Below are positions 23,680-38,400 of a stretch of DNA of 64,000 bases, in pieces. Under the pieces are notes generated by a model. It did not search any database. It worked only from the letters and a program-made list of their open reading frames with translations, and was not told where the DNA came from. The translations under genes were made by a program, and so were the position numbers. The stretch is from Dipteris shenzhenensis (Eukaryota): NCBI GenBank assembly GCA_047967505.1, contig CM106538.1; one strand, 5' to 3'. Each line of letters opens with the position of its first letter. Positions within the stretch are counted from its first letter, which is position 1.

Positions 23680-24856
23680 GCACACCACGAATGAGCGCAC
23701 ATGGCTCAAACTACAACCAGAGTGATCTGCATAAGGTATGCTCAAGAAATCATGGTCCCACGGTAATGACCGCTACTGAAAATAGAACCTGAGATGCCTC
23801 AAAACATGGGCGCCATTGCATAATCGGACTCAACAAGAAAATCTGCAAATATCTCTCTTCTGTTGGAACTCCAAAATCCCAATCGATGAGTGAGAAATGG
23901 GAGTCAACACTTATCCACTGCCATGTGGCATAAATCTAAGGTTTCAAAACCTTAGAATGAAAAATGCATAACAGAGAGACGAAATCCAATAACAGAGATC
24001 TATAACTCTGAAAATAATCCACCAAATCATGCAAGAACTGACAGGTAGGGGTTTTTAGGCGTCTGGAACGCAATGGGACAGACAGTTTTGGAAACCATGG
24101 TCCCAATCACTGGGTGCAACACACAGACTCAAAAACGTTTTTGGAAACTGAACTATTTGTAAACTCCATCGGAGTGCGAATGATGAGCAACATAGAAGTT
24201 TTAGGACCTCCTGAGTCCACCGGAACTGACAGATCTGCAAATGGTTGCTCCAAACTTGAGTTCCAACACCCGGAAAGAAAAACGTAGGAACTGACACAGT
24301 GAGTCAGAAATCCAATGAAATAATCCCAGATTCAAGAATGAAGGTGTTTCCAAGCTCCTGAAGTGAAGAGGATACCAAAAGCAAGCAATAGTTGCCTCTA
24401 CAAGTCAATACGGAGTCTTTGTCGTCGAACGGAACAGGGAAAAGCTTTAAAAACGACTTTTTCTTTAAAGACACTTAACAGGCTCTCAAAACCACTTCGT
24501 AAAACCAAAGTGACTTTTCCAAAAGTTCCTTCAAGGTCTTTGTGCACTCGGATGCAAGTAAAATCACCCACAAAGCTTCCCACAGAGCTTCTCCTTCCTC
24601 CCACAGAGCTGCTGAGCTTCCAGGCATTCATGCACGCTCAGCTAGATCACCCGGGCTCTGATACCAGTTGAGAGTGCTCTCAACGGAAGCAAGAACGGAG
24701 GAAGGAGAGAGAGAAATAGAGAGCCACACAAGTTTTGGTGGGTGCTGAACACCCTAATCTTCTTTTTCATTCATTTATATATGTGTTTGAGTATTGTACA
24801 TAACCGGGGTAAAGGCACAATGACCTTTACCCCCCACAAGCTTGTCACCCTCAACA
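23680..24856 (-). mobile_element. 5' part of an LTR retrotransposon: LTR 24669-24856, PBS 24655-24666, leader and degraded gag-like region
   Basis: TG..CA-bounded ~188-bp LTR, perfect tRNA-Met PBS on minus strand; abuts a copia integrase at its RGGEY motif. Confidence 0.7.
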
Positions 24857-27546
24857 CAAATAGGGGGGGAGAGAATATGTCAACAGAGTTTGATGCAATT
24901 TTTATCTTCACGGGGCATTGTTCACTCATGCACTACTCCTTACACTCCTCAGCATAATCCTGTTCCTGAAAGGAAGAATAGGTCCACTATGGAGATGGCC
25001 AGATGCATGCTTAAGGCCAAGTCCTTGCCCAATAAATTTTAGCTTGATGCAGTAATGTGTGCCAACTATGTGCTGAATAGATCACCTACAAGGGCATTGA
25101 AGACTGTTACACCTTATGAAGCATGGAAAGGCAGGAAGCCTTCACTTTCACACATGAGAGTTTTTGGGTCTCTTGCATATGTTCATGTACCATCTCAGTT
25201 GAGACATAAGCTTGATGACAAAGCAATCAAATGCATATTGATTGGTTACAGCTAGGAGAGCAGAGGACATAGGTTATACCAACCAAATACTGGGAAGATT
25301 CTTGTCAGTAGAGATATAATCTTTTCTGAACATTCGGCTTCTCCTCTTGTGGACTGCAAAGCTAAGCCATAAGTTGACATGTTTGATGCCTTTGACTCTT
25401 GGTTACCTCTACCTTCCTCAGAGGGGGACTTTGACCAGCAACATGAGCCTCCTGCAGGCCCTCCAACAAGCAATGATCAGCCAATACCCCATGCTGATTT
25501 GCAGGTTTCTCTTCCAGCACAAAATGATCCCACTATTCATGATGTAGTGATTGAAGAAAGAGCTGTCAATAGACAGCAAAGGCAAGTTCTCAGATGGCTT
25601 CTTGATACATTGAGAGATAGCAAACAAGATCAGCCCTTTGCTACCTGGACAAGATTAGGGAATAGAGAGATGCATGGTCACTTTCTTGAGTTTGCACAGC
25701 TGGCAATAAAGAGCCTTTGTGCCATAAAGATGCTTTTGACAGCAAAGAGTGGATGGACACAATGAGAGCTGAGATACAATCCATTGCCAAAAGTGACACA
25801 TGGGAATTAGTAGATCTCCCTCCCGACAAGCATGCCATTGGTACTCAGTGGGTCTACAAATTAAAAAGGAAATCTGATGGCAGTATAGATCGAGACACAA
25901 AGCCCGTCTTTTTGCAAAAGGGTATGCCCAACAACAAGGCATTGACTTTGAGGAGACATTTTCTCCCACATCTAGGATTACTACTATTAGATGTGTCATT
26001 GCCATTGTACCCCATCATCATTGGCAAGTGCACCAGCTTGACATCAAGACTGCTTTTCTTCATGGGGATCTGCAAGAAGAAGTTTATGTGACACAACCTC
26101 CTGGCTTTGAGGTTGTTAATTCTGAAAACAAGGTACGCCGGATTAGAAAAGCCCTTTATGGTTTGAAGCAGGCACCCAAAGCATGGTATGCCAAAATTCA
26201 TGCACACTTACTATCCCTTGGTTTTAGGAATAGTCCCACAGAGCCTCTTTATGTCTGTGGGAGTGGATCTGATTTTTTAGTGCTGATTTTATCTGTGGAT
26301 GATATGCTAATCATGGGCCCAGATACTCAGCATATTGCAGCTCTCAATGCTGATTTGCAACAGGCTTTTGAAATGTCAGACATGGGACAACTACACTATT
26401 ATTTGGACATTCAGTTTGCTCACATTGAGGGGGGTATCATGATGTCACAGTCCAAGTATATTGGACAGCTCCTTGATCGTTTTTAGTTTGAGGATTGCAA
26501 GCCAATATCTACATTAGTGGACCCTGGCTTCTCAGCTGAGCAGGTTCATGCACATGCCCAGTTCACAACATTGGCAAGCAGTGAAGAGAGTCTTCAGATA
26601 TCTCCGAGGCACTCTGGATTTAGCCCTCTTCTATGGTGATCAGAGTTCACTTACCATGCATGCTTACACGGATAGTGACTGGGCAAGTTGTTCCGACACC
26701 AGAGTGTCACCTCTTGGCTCAGCAAGAAGCAACCAACAGTTGCCACATCTAGCTGTGAGGTTGAGTACAAGGCAGCCTTCACTGCTACAATAGAGTGTGT
26801 CTAGCTTCGACAGCTACTTATAGATCTTGGTATTGGCCAGACATCCTCCACTATGGTCTACACTGACAGCCAGAGTGCTTTGGCCATTGTGTGTAACCCA
26901 GTGTTTCATGCGCATACCAAGCACATTGAAGTTCACTATCGTTATGTTTGAGAGCAATTGTCAGTAGGAGACATAGAGTTGTCCTACCTTCCCATAGAGG
27001 ACAACATAGCAGAAATGTTTACAAAGGCACTTCCTTGACCCAAGTTCAAAGTCTTCCGACAGGCTTTACACTTGGTTCCCTTTGTTACATGATCTGACAT
27101 ACCTTGTACATTCATAGGTGGCTATATCCTTTTGGATGAACATGTGCCACCATGACCATAAAATACTAGGTATTCTGAGACGTTTCCAGAATACTTCAGC
27201 CCATCCCATGGAGGGGGGTTTGTAGGCCATCTTCTCCAAGTTCTAGTGATGCCCTATGGGCCCTGGTATGTGCCTTGTAGGCATAGTTATAGGCACTCTA
27301 GTGTTTTAGTGCCTTTTATGCCACATAGGACACTTAGTCCTATGTGACACCTAGGACACTTAGTCCTAGGGTCTACCTTCAAGTACTATGTACTTTTCTT
27401 TTCATCTTATTTAGTTGACGTGACTGCTGATATCCATGACTCTTGAATCTTGTGCTTGCTCTCTCGTTTATCGATCCTTCAGCCTTTGCCTGCCTTAAAA
27501 AGGCCAGATATCATGTTGGTGTAAGTCACTATATCCAACTATTACA
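24857..27546 (+). mobile_element. Degraded Ty1/copia 3' half: integrase C-terminus, RT, RNase H, PPT and probable 3' LTR (27221-27546)
   Basis: TPYTPQHNPVPERKNR, HQLDIKTAFLHGDLQEEVY, KALYGLKQAPKAW, SVDD, AYTDSDWA, TKHIEVHY; PPT GGAGGGGGG 27210-27218 then TGTAGG. Confidence 0.92.
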
Positions 27547-29084
27547 TATCAATCATTTTCTCCAGTAGTTGCAAAGATTCATCTATCTTGCCCTCTTTAC
27601 GAAACCAATTGATGATGGTAGTAAAAGTCACAGTGTTTGGGCTGCACCCCTTATCCATCATTTGACTGAAAGTGGATGGCAGTTCCTAGGGTATAGACAC
27701 ATATACATGTGCTGGGTTTTCACGATAATGTGTTTTCGTCGGCAAAGAAAACTTTATTTTGAGAAGGCACCCATCATTTATGCTGGGGGCTTCTTTTATA
27801 GGAGATAACATTGATTGCATCACTCCAATTGCTAAAACCTTGGCCGAAAAGGGGTCTTGTGCCTTGGGTCACAAGCTCAGTGCAGTGTGGTGCAGGTGTT
27901 TGGAGCTTGCAAGCCACAATGAGTTCTTGGAGGCAATAGCTATTGAAGATGATAGAGAGGTCCCTTATGTACTTGGGCACAATGAAGGGACACTCTAAAG
28001 ACATCTCTTTGCATCCCACAATCTCATTGTGGGCCATAGAGGATCGCTTTGGAACATTCATACAGAGAGCGCGTCCATTCAAAGAAACGATGGGCCAAGG
28101 GAAATCAAACTTGGGGTCAAAAGCAAAATAGCCCTTGCCCAAGGATGCTCTACAAGGGTCTCAAAGTTTCCAAACCCAATTGTCGTTGCATGATGCAGCC
28201 ATACTAGATGATAGGGCTCCAAAGGGTGGTTGTCATAAGAAATTTCTGTTAAAATACGGAGAATGAATTGCTCAAACACCGTATGCACACAGGAAAAAGA
28301 AAGGTGCAAGATGCTAGAAACAGATATGAAAATACAACAAATAGGAGACACCGGAGAAGAGAGAATGCTCATTGAATATCTTCTTCAAACTGAGGGCAAA
28401 AGTGCTGCACATGGGCAAGGTACAGCTGTATGCAGCAGGGCTGCAAAATCAGCACACAAGGGCTACACAAGGGCTGGAAAGCAGGCGCGCAATCTCCTCC
28501 TGCCTTCTACATTGCTCGCCACGTCAGTGAAACGGCAAGGGGCTCCTGTCCTGGAGCGCAAGCTGAATGTGACTGGGGGGGAGGGAGGCGCCCTTAAATA
28601 GGGCTGGGCACAATAGGCTAACCAGCCTACTGGCCGACCCAATGTGGGGTTGTGGTTGTTCTATACCATCTATCAATAAGGCAGTGCAAAGATCTTCTAT
28701 TCTATTCTTTCCACTTATTCATCCAGTCGATTTTTGGTCATTGACTTTGCATAGCAGACTAGGTAACCTACGTGACCATCTAGTTTTGCCAAGATGTTGC
28801 ACATGGCATAGCCTGATGTATTAGCATGTATATGTCATCTACCATTGCGATCTACATAGGATGGGTGTTGCTACTTGTAGGCACTTTAGTGCTTGGAATA
28901 ATGGTAGCAACACAACTATAATCCATGTAACAACAGCCTTAAAGGAGACATAACGGGAAGAGATAGAAATCCCTTTCAATATGGGGACCCATGTAATTGT
29001 AGGATTGTATGAACATCAACCTCACGTAATATTAACAATATCCTACATAGTTTGAGATTGACTACCCTTGCTGCCAATGCATAA

Positions 29085-29224
29085 TATTTTGTAGGTGGAT
29101 TCGCGGCTTGTCCATTCCCTTGGGGGTAGTAAGGTGTGCTCTTTCTGTGGATCACCATAAAGCCAGACAAGAGTTCTTGGATGATCTCATTGACAAAATA
29201 TGTGCCTCTATCCGGCACAATCAT
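29085..29224 (-). mobile_element. Ty3/gypsy integrase core fragment
   Basis: IVPDRGTYFVN..HRKSTPYYPQGNGQA. Confidence 0.8.
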
Positions 29225-29287
29225 AGTAAACTTAGTGCAACACTCTTGGCATGGTATATAGCATCAAAAGTTTAGGCATTACTTACT

Positions 29288-29504
29288 TGACAACCATTTA
29301 TATGTGGGGGTTAAAGGCCACTGTACCTTAACCTCGGTTATGTACAATACTCAAACACATATATATATGGATGATATAGAAGATTAGGGTGTTCTCCACC
29401 CACTAAAACTCGTGTGACTCTCTCTTCTAGCTTTCCCTCTCTCTCTCTCTCACCTTTATTCCATTTCGCTTTTGTTGTTGATATTTCTCAACTGGTATCA
29501 AAGC
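29288..29504 (+). mobile_element. LTR plus PBS related to 24655-24856, opposite orientation, no internal region
   Basis: Shared GGTTATGTACAATACTC.AACACATAT and GATTAGGGTGTT; ends TCA 29490; PBS TGGTATCAAAGC 29493-29504. Confidence 0.75.
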
Positions 29505-29693
29505 GCGGGTGTTCTAACAAGAGAAATGAGCTCATTTGATGTGTTCCAATCATTTAGATACCAAACATGACTAAATTTGGATATTTCTTGCAAAAGTTGT
29601 GATTTAAAAAAAATCCCAAACTAGCATCCAGAGGAGTGTGCTTTAAAAAATTTTGTTGATTTCTTTTTTTAGTATCCCCCTCCTCTCTCTCTT

Positions 29694-29711
29694 ACACACA
29701 CACACACACAT

Positions 29712-29758
<47 letters not shown>

Positions 29759-29771
29759 GGGGGGGAGGGGG
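29694..29771. repeat. Compound (CA)n, (GA)n and poly-G tract
   Basis: Direct reading. Confidence 0.95.
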
Positions 29772-31083
29772 ACTAAAACGTGAGATTTTGTGGTAGTCAT
29801 GTACCATGTGTTCTATGCAAGTTCTATCCAGGGTGGCAATTCGATACCATGTATTCTATGCAAGTCCGATGTTAGCAAGGAGAATGTATGTACACATACA
29901 GGCTTGTTTCCTTACTGGTATGTGAGTTCCATTGTGTCAACAATGCAAAAAACCTTGACTATATCACCTATATTTGAGAGAAGTCGCAAACAAATTTCTT
30001 AAACTTGGAAATAAATATATGCCACTGCACATGCATGATTATGTGGCATTCATGAAGAGAACACAATATCACATGCATGATTATGTCCTAACCAATGTCA
30101 TGAAGTTCACAGGTTCAATGATGTATCCATTGTGCAAATAAACCTATCCATTTATGTTAGCAGCAATGGAGGCGGATTAGAGAAATGCCTCGTGTGGAAG
30201 AGAAGTTCAAAGGTGCATTAATGTATCCACAACAAATGTCAAAGAAGAAACAAGCAGCTTGTTGTAACTATTTTCATGTTTTTTGATTATCTATGCGTGA
30301 TTTAGGGGGATGGGGGGCACCCAATCTATCCATTGAACAAGCGTTGTGTAACTAAATTCTATCTTTTACAAAGTCAGTCAAGGCTTGGTCATGTGTTCAT
30401 TGTAATCTATTCTATCTCAATCTATGTCATTGAAGGAAAAGCTTGAAGGAAAAGGGCCATTGGAGATCTACTTTGGGATGTTATGCACCAATGATATCAT
30501 GAAATGAATCAAACATGCACTTCAAGCTCTTCAACAATTTGTGCTCAACCTACTTGGAGGGAAAGATGTATGACTCAAATGAAACATTGCATGAAACGTG
30601 TGATCAATGAGCACCACAAACACTGTCTATGTTGGATGACACTTCTTCCTTGTGAAGTGAAATTGAAGTTGGGGAGAAATAGCAAGAAGAAGGGAGATTT
30701 TAAGAGAATGAGTTCTAAAACCGATGGTATGAGAATCTTGAGTACATGTAATCTTGAGCTAGATTGTAGCCAAAGAAGGAAGGAGAGTGAGAAGAATGAA
30801 GAATTCAAGGAGAATGATTAGTTCTAAATGATGGTATGGGAATTTAGAGGCCATGCTAACTTGAGCTTGACACAAACAGTAATGATTGTAGATGTCTTTT
30901 CAAAATACCTCATATTCTGCCAAGAGTCTCTTTCAAAATCTGCCGCATGAGCTTGAAAGCACCCGAACACTATCAAGCATACCGCTTTTTAGAACAAGAT
31001 GAATTTCATTCATGTGGCCTGCGAAGAGAGAGAGAGCAAGATGAATTTTATTCATGTGGCCTGCCAAGAGAGAGAGAAAAAGA

Positions 31084-31115
<32 letters not shown>

Positions 31116-32769
31116 GGAGAAAAAGGTGAATCTTGCCCAATGTGAGAGACAGAGAGAAATGGAAGAGGAGAGAGAGGGAATGTTCAATGAATGCACATCC
31201 AAATTTTAATAAACATGGAAGAGGAGAGAGAGGGAATGAATGCTCTTCCAAAAAAGCACACCCAAATTTGAAAGAGATGCTCTAAAGTCAACACACCAAC
31301 CAATCAAAGAATTTGAAAAAAAAACACATCTGAAAAATTGTAGAAATTATTTTTGGTTTTGAAAGTTGAACCTTCACTAAGACTACCTAACGGCAGGGCA
31401 AAAAGTGTACCACCTAATCTTGCTTCTACGCTAAGAGGGTTCATCAACCCAAGCCTTGAACCTAAGATCTGCTTGCTAGCAAGACATGCTTGCTACTCTT
31501 ATGCCATTATTTGTCAGTGTCACCCGTCCAACTTAATCTTTCCAAGGATTGACTACTTAATGTTTAAACAAAATAAGCATTTAATAGTCTAAAAGTCATT
31601 TTCCATCTTACAATGTAAAGCCCATACATAACCAAAGGTTTTCGCCCTTGCTAAACCTTGCAAAGTTCAAATGATTTCACATTGCAACATATATTGGATC
31701 AATGTTTTTCTCTAGTTAATCAATTGAAGCGTCGTTCGGCTCTTCATTGTGAGGTTGAAGCTCATCCTATCGATCAGCCGTGGCCAGGTCTCGCACATCT
31801 TCAGCACGTAGATTGAGGTCTCCCAAATCAGTATCTTAGAAATGAATCCTAATGCATTGTCGTAATGCTATGCTTTATGCATCAAAATGTGTGAGTACAT
31901 GTTATGGAAACCCCATTAGCTCCATGTGGTAGATTAAAATTTTTTGGATTATAAAATCCAATGCTCAAAGTCTTGTCTATAAAGAACATTTTTGTCGAAA
32001 ATAGCGACGTAAATATCAACTTTGGTACATTTTCCAAAACATTTTTCGACAAAAATATCAACGGAGCAAAGCGTGGTCAATCATTAAACAAGATGGGTTC
32101 ACTTTTTGAAATGTTTTGTCCTCATGTATGGATTATGGTGTTTTAATGATCACATGTGTAACCTTTGTAGATGTCTTCAAGCTCATCAAAGTCCGAAGAA
32201 GAGATTAGTAGAGAAAATCTTTATCAATGAGTCTTGTGTGATTGAGTGCATTGCAAAGGACAAATAAGGAGATTACGCAACATATCAATAACACACATAA
32301 AGAGATATGGTTGCTTTCAACCCTTACTAGAGATACAACTAAACGATGAGGTAGAAGTCATGTTTTAGCTTCTTTATGAGTGAATTCATTAAATGTATTT
32401 CATTTACTAGCTTTTTGTTCTTGTATGTGACTTATATGTGAGACGATTAACTAAATTCTTTTCATGCCAGGAGATGAAATTGTTTCAGAAAGTTTGAGAG
32501 TACACGCATTGCATAATCGTCCTCATGAGTCAATGTTGACCCAAGGATATCAAAACACTCTAAGAGAAGATGGAGAGCTAGAAGAGCAATATAGTAGAAG
32601 TAGTGAAGGGAAAGATCCTTTGAATGAGGAAAAAATAATGTAGGACGTGATAAACACTTATTTTGATGCTCGTTCACCCCAAAATGAAAGAGATGAAGAT
32701 GTGGAAGTGAATAGGGAGGATAACATGAGTCCTGAAGAGGAGAGATTGTGATGTGAAGCAAGCATCATG

Positions 32770-34180
32770 CTTTATAAAGGGGCAAGCCATTCTCATCTTG
32801 CGGCCATTCTTCTGATCTTGAATATACAAGCAACTGATGGATGGTCAAACACTAGTGTTTCATCCCTCCTTTGGTAAGAGTTTTGATGTAGTCTAAACTA
32901 TACTTTAAATTTTTGCTTCAAATGTCCCAGGTCACTCCAAACACTACTTCCAAAAGGAAATACAATGCCCGACTTAGGAAAGGATGCAAAGACGATGCTG
33001 GCATCGTTAGGAATGGATTACAAGAATTTATGCATGTCCCAATGATTGCATCCTTCATAGAGGAACATACAACCACTCTACAAGCTGTCCACAACATGGT
33101 GCATCTTGACATCGACAAGACACACAAGGACAAGATTCTCGAAAAGGTGATGCGACACATGCTAATCCTAACATGCATCACACACTTGTTTCATTGTGGA
33201 TCGTTAGCTGGACTTATGGATTGGCATTCTCACAACTACTCAATGGAAGGAATATTGAGGATGCCTGTGGATGGAAAGGCTTGGAGATACATAGAGAAGA
33301 GGTGGCCAGAGTTTGGGCTTAATACTCGTCACTTGCATCATGGGCTAGCTATGGATGGTGTTAACCCCTTTGGACATCAGCCCACATTGTGGCCCACATG
33401 GCTAGTTGTAGTCACAATATACAATATTCCTCCTTCGATGACCATAAAGAAAGGGCATTTGATGTTGGCACTCATTGTGGCGGGAAAGCACAAGGTGAAA
33501 ACATGGATGTGTATCTAGTCCCTTTGGTGGACGAGTTGCAAATTTTATGGAATGGCATGCAAGTTCATGACATTTCAAAGCCTTTGGGTCAACATCATTT
33601 TCAAGTGAAAGGCTGATGTGGACCATGCATGATTATCCTGGGTTGCATGATTGCTCATGTACCAATTTTCTATTCCTCTTAATTCTCTTCTGCCTAATAA
33701 AATGCAAGATGTAACTTTTGTCGATGCTCTTTGCCTTGGTGATCTTTCACTTTTGCAGGTGGCAGTCAAAAGATCTAAACATGGTTGTATATGAGAAGTA
33801 CATGCGGTTTCTTCTTATGGACCATCTGTATCGTGTGGATCCATCTTTTGGGGAGCCACAATTAGTTCCTATTCCTTCAGTCATGAGATCCGAAGATTGG
33901 GAGTGACAATGGCATGATCCAGAAGTCCAAACACCTCCACCTAGCATGCAAAGTGTCTCCATATTTTATACTCTTCCTTACAAGAGATAACTCAAATTCA
34001 CATATCTGTTGAACCCAATGGATGTAGTAAAAAATGTGTCTAAAGTTTATGGAAGCATATGATTGGGGATAGAAACACCCCAAAGGCACGAGCTGAGTTG
34101 AAAGTGATGAAAACCAAAAGACCCTATAATTGACACAAAATGATTCAGGTAACATTACTTCCACTTCAACTTGATCCATT
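32770..34180 (+). mobile_element. CACTA/EnSpm transposase (Tnp2/Transposase_21-like) pseudogene
   Basis: LYKGASHSHLAAILLILN, YACPNDCIL, DGKAWRYIE..WPEF, GLAMDGVNPF, IYNIPP, MDVYLVPLVDELQILW; frameshifts, stops and GT-AG intron remnants. Confidence 0.88.
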
Positions 34181-34779
34181 TTTTATCTCTTGTTTGAATT
34201 TGACTAACACAACATTGTTTCTATAGTATGTACTTCTAAGTCCTTTGTGGGGAAGTAGTATCAAAGATGCATCAAAGGCCATCAACAAGCTCTGTGTATT
34301 CATAAGGTATGTCATATGGTATAGAAATGCATGCCTAATGTTTGTCCTCATTGCAAAAGCAAGTTCTATTGCTTACCGACATGTAAATACAGGTGGATAT
34401 CGTCAAAAGAGATCAAGAAATAATCCATTCTATGAACGATACTTCTCATAGTCAAAGCCATATGTTTGATTGAAAAGGAATTTCCAACGAGTATCATTGC
34501 ATTTGCTTGTGCACTTGGCTGCAGGCACTTTGCATAGGAGATGATGATTTTCTTGGAATGGTTTATGAAGGTGTTGAAAGGGTATTGTAAGACAAAAAGC
34601 TAGACCAGGGGGAAGCATGGCTGGCTAGTGCAAGGGTCAATGTTTGCATTACGAAGTTTCTTGTACAAATCATGCTAGACATGCCTGGACTTTAGGATGA
34701 TAGCTATGACCCATGTGTTATAGGAGAGATCAGACAAGGGAAGGGAAATCATAAGAAAATGAGCATCACCTTGCAATAA

Positions 34780-35438
34780 AAGTGAACACCTTTTGTCTTT
34801 ACAATTATGGAGAAATGGCTCAAACAATATGAAGAAGAAAGAGGTACCCTAAGATAGACTTTCTCATTTACTTCAAACTCCAACCTTCTATGATGGGGGT
34901 TTGCATAAATTCTTGCTTTATCCTTAGCCCTTCTAATGCTATATTTAGCTAACTTAAGCATTTGATTCATATCCTTAAGAAAGTATTTGGCCGCTTGAAC
35001 CTTCTGTTTTTCAAGCCCCATTGCAACTAGGCCTCTAGGTTGAAATCCATACATCATCATGAATGGACTAAAACCTATAGTTGAGTGTTTGGTGCTATTA
35101 TATGCAAATTCTAAGATGGGAAAATATTGTTCCCAATTAGTTTGCCATTTACTTACATATGCTCAAAGCATATCCTCAATCACCTGATTGACCCTTTCAA
35201 TTTGACCATCACTCTGTGGATGATCCACAGTGATCATATTCAAAGAAGTTTCCAACCTCATAAACATAGCCCACCAAAAATGGCTATTAAATTTGCTATC
35301 CCAGTCACTAACAATACCAACTGGTAGCCCACAATATATATAAAAATGCTCCATGAATAGCCTAGCTAATTTGGGAGTTTTAACCTCTTCATTGGTTGGA
35401 ATAAAGTGAGCCATCTTTGTTAATTGATCCATAACTAC
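34780..35438 (-). mobile_element. Ty3/gypsy integrase 3' part (host of nested copia)
   Basis: VVMDQLTKMAHFIPT, IVSDWDSKF, HPQSDGQIERVNQVIEDML, FEVNEKVYL. Confidence 0.88.
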
Positions 35439-38400
35439 TAAAGGGGAACAAAGGATGCACAAGCTACAACAAGAGAAAGAAAGAAAGAAAGAAAGTTTAT
35501 TAAAGTCTTCGGAAGCCTGATGGGTTTATGAGACTGTGAAAAACTTGATACAATGAGCTGTGAATGAGCACACCATGTGGGTGGGTGCTTCATCACCTTA
35601 CCCCAACAACCTCCCACTTAAGGGCTAATGCGGCTTTAAGGGAGAACAACCAATGGACATGCTACCCCATGCCCATCAACAATCTGCAATGTGCAAAGTG
35701 TTCGAAGGATAAGCTCTTCATAAGAGGGTCTGCAGGGTTGTCATCTATGTGAACCTTAAGAAGATAAATGTGCTTGTCCTCAAGCAGTTCCTTGATGAAG
35801 TGATACTTCACCTCAATGTGCTTTGTCTTCGAATGAAAAAAAGATTCTGTGCCAACTTGATGGCACTCTGACTATTACTATGCAAAACTGGAACCTCTCC
35901 TGTAATGCCCAAATCTCCAACTAGATGAGTAAGCCATATAGCTTCCTTGCAGGCCTCAATGGTTACAACATACTCTGCTTCAGTGGTAGACAATGATATC
36001 CATTCCTGCAAATGAGAAATACATGAAACGGCACCTCCAATGAATCTAAAAACATATCCTATCGTAGACTTCCTAGAGTCTATATTCCTTGGAAAATCTA
36101 CATCTGCGTAACCAAGAACAGATGTATCCTTTATCCCAAAGAAAATGCACATGTATATTCCTTTGACCATTCAAGTATATCAAGATACACTTCACTTCCT
36201 CCCAATGCTTCTTGCTAGGGTTTGCCATAAACTTGCTAACCACTCCCATTACAAAATCAATGTCTGGATCTGTAGTTACCATATCATATGTATCAAACTA
36301 CCAACCGCAGATGCATAAGGTATCTTTTCCATTTCATCCTCTACAAATCTATATTGGGGCTCTTCTTGGATGAGTTTCACATCTAGAGGGAAAGGGGTAT
36401 TTATGGGATTCTCCCTCTCCATATTGAAACGCTCAAGTACCTTGACAATGTACTTCTTCTAACATAGATAGAGAATTTTCTTGCATCTTTCCCTAACAAT
36501 CCTCATGCCAAGAATATGGCTTTCCTTCATATCGAAGGTTTCATGCAACCATTTCTTTGAAGCATCCACTTCCAAGGTAGACTTGCTAGTAATAAGCATA
36601 TCATCCACTAAAGAATCAAAATCAAAAGGCTCCCATCCAATGTCTTCTTAGTGTAGAGGCAATGATCCGTCTAGCTCCGTGTATATTCTTGTGATTGCAT
36701 AAATGCATTAAACATATGATACCACTCCCTCGGAGCCTTATTCAGTCCATAAAGACTCTTTTGAATCTTACATACCATATGGTCCTTGCCTTGCACAACA
36801 AACCCCTCTGGCTGCTACATATAGATGTCCTCATGAAGATCCCCATGCAAGAAGGTTGTCTTGACATCCATCTGGACAAGCTCCATGTCCTCTTTGGCAA
36901 CTTATCCAAGCATTTTACGAAGGGTAGTCATTTTAATCAATAGCAAAAAGATGTCATACCCTTCTCCTGATTAAAGCCCTTGGCTACCAATCTTGCCGTG
37001 CAATGCATCTACTAGAGACATCTTCAACTTATACGCCCACTTGCATGTCAATGCATGCTTACATTCGGGCAATAGAACCAACTCCCAAGTTGCATTTTTC
37101 ATCAAAGAATCCATTTCTGAATTCATAGACTTTTCCCATTTATGCATGTCATCCCTAGACATAGCATCTGCATAGCACGAAGGCTCACCACAATCTGTCA
37201 ACTTGACATAATCAAGAGATGGAGTAAATCTCTCAGGAGCGGCGTGAGACTCTCATAGACCATCCCAAAACTTGCTCAATAGGAGCATCTGGGTGTCCCA
37301 ATTGATTATCCTGCATAATCAAAGATTGCACACCTTGATGTGGCTCTCCCACCTCACAATCTATATGTTGTTCTTGAACTACATTCTGTGGAACATGTCG
37401 TGCACACGGCACATATGGTGGTTGTTCATCCTCGTAAAACACCACTTTGTGTATCTCAATATTCTTCACTGGTTGTTTGTGCATCTTGTCCTCATTATAT
37501 ACAACACCATGGCTATGTTCTATCTTCCTTGATTTTGGATCCCATAGCTAGTATCCCATTTCTCGTGAATCACCATACCCAAGAAATATGCAATTCCTTG
37601 ATTTTGGATCAAGCTTGCTATGTTCCTCATTAGGTATATGCACATAGGCCTCACATCCAAACACACGTAGATGCTCATAATAAGGTGGCTTTCTCGACCA
37701 TGCTTCTTTAGGGACCTTTCCGTCCAATGGCTTACTAGGCAATCTATTGATCAAAAGAACAACTGTCTTAATAGCTTTAGCCTAAAATCCATGTGGAAGA
37801 CCTGCATTAGAAAGCATGCTATGACTCCTTTCTTATATGGTTCAATTCATCTTCTCAGTAATTCCATGTTGAGAAATATTTTTCGGAGTACTTAACTCCC
37901 TCTTGATACCACACATCACACAAAACCTGTAAAATGCATGAGAAGAGTATTCTCCACCATTATCAGTACTCATGCACTTAAGCTTCTTGCATTATTTCCA
38001 TGTAGCATCATCAATAAAGGTAACAAAATACAATGCTCCTCCCAATGGCATGGTAGGCATAGGTCCACACACATCACTGTGAACACCAATGGTTCAATTT
38101 TCCTCTTTTCACCAGATCTTTTATGTGATGACCGAGTCTCCTTGCCATACATGCAATGCTCACACATGGTAAAATATGAGAAGTTAAATGTAGGGACATA
38201 CTGCAAACTAGAAAGGATGTTTATTCCAAGAACACCTCAAAGCATATTGGGCATGTCCTACAAATGTTGTGCACTAAGCACTTTGAATGGATTAGGAATA
38301 CGCTTGGAATGAGCTGATTTTGACTTACTATCCCAAAAAAGTTCAATGATGTCCTACATAAAATAGAGACCTATAAACATTATAGAATGCTGATTGTAAC

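Noticed and set aside
27550-28600. Possible coding remnant on the minus strand
   Set aside because: Fragmented ORFs with no motif I can name
30240-30820. Possible hAT transposase C-terminal remnant
   Set aside because: Only a VHCNL-like word; too degraded to support
30933-31251. ERERER / SLSLSL ORFs (also near 55182-55530 and 57679-57979)
   Set aside because: Translations of (GA)n microsatellites
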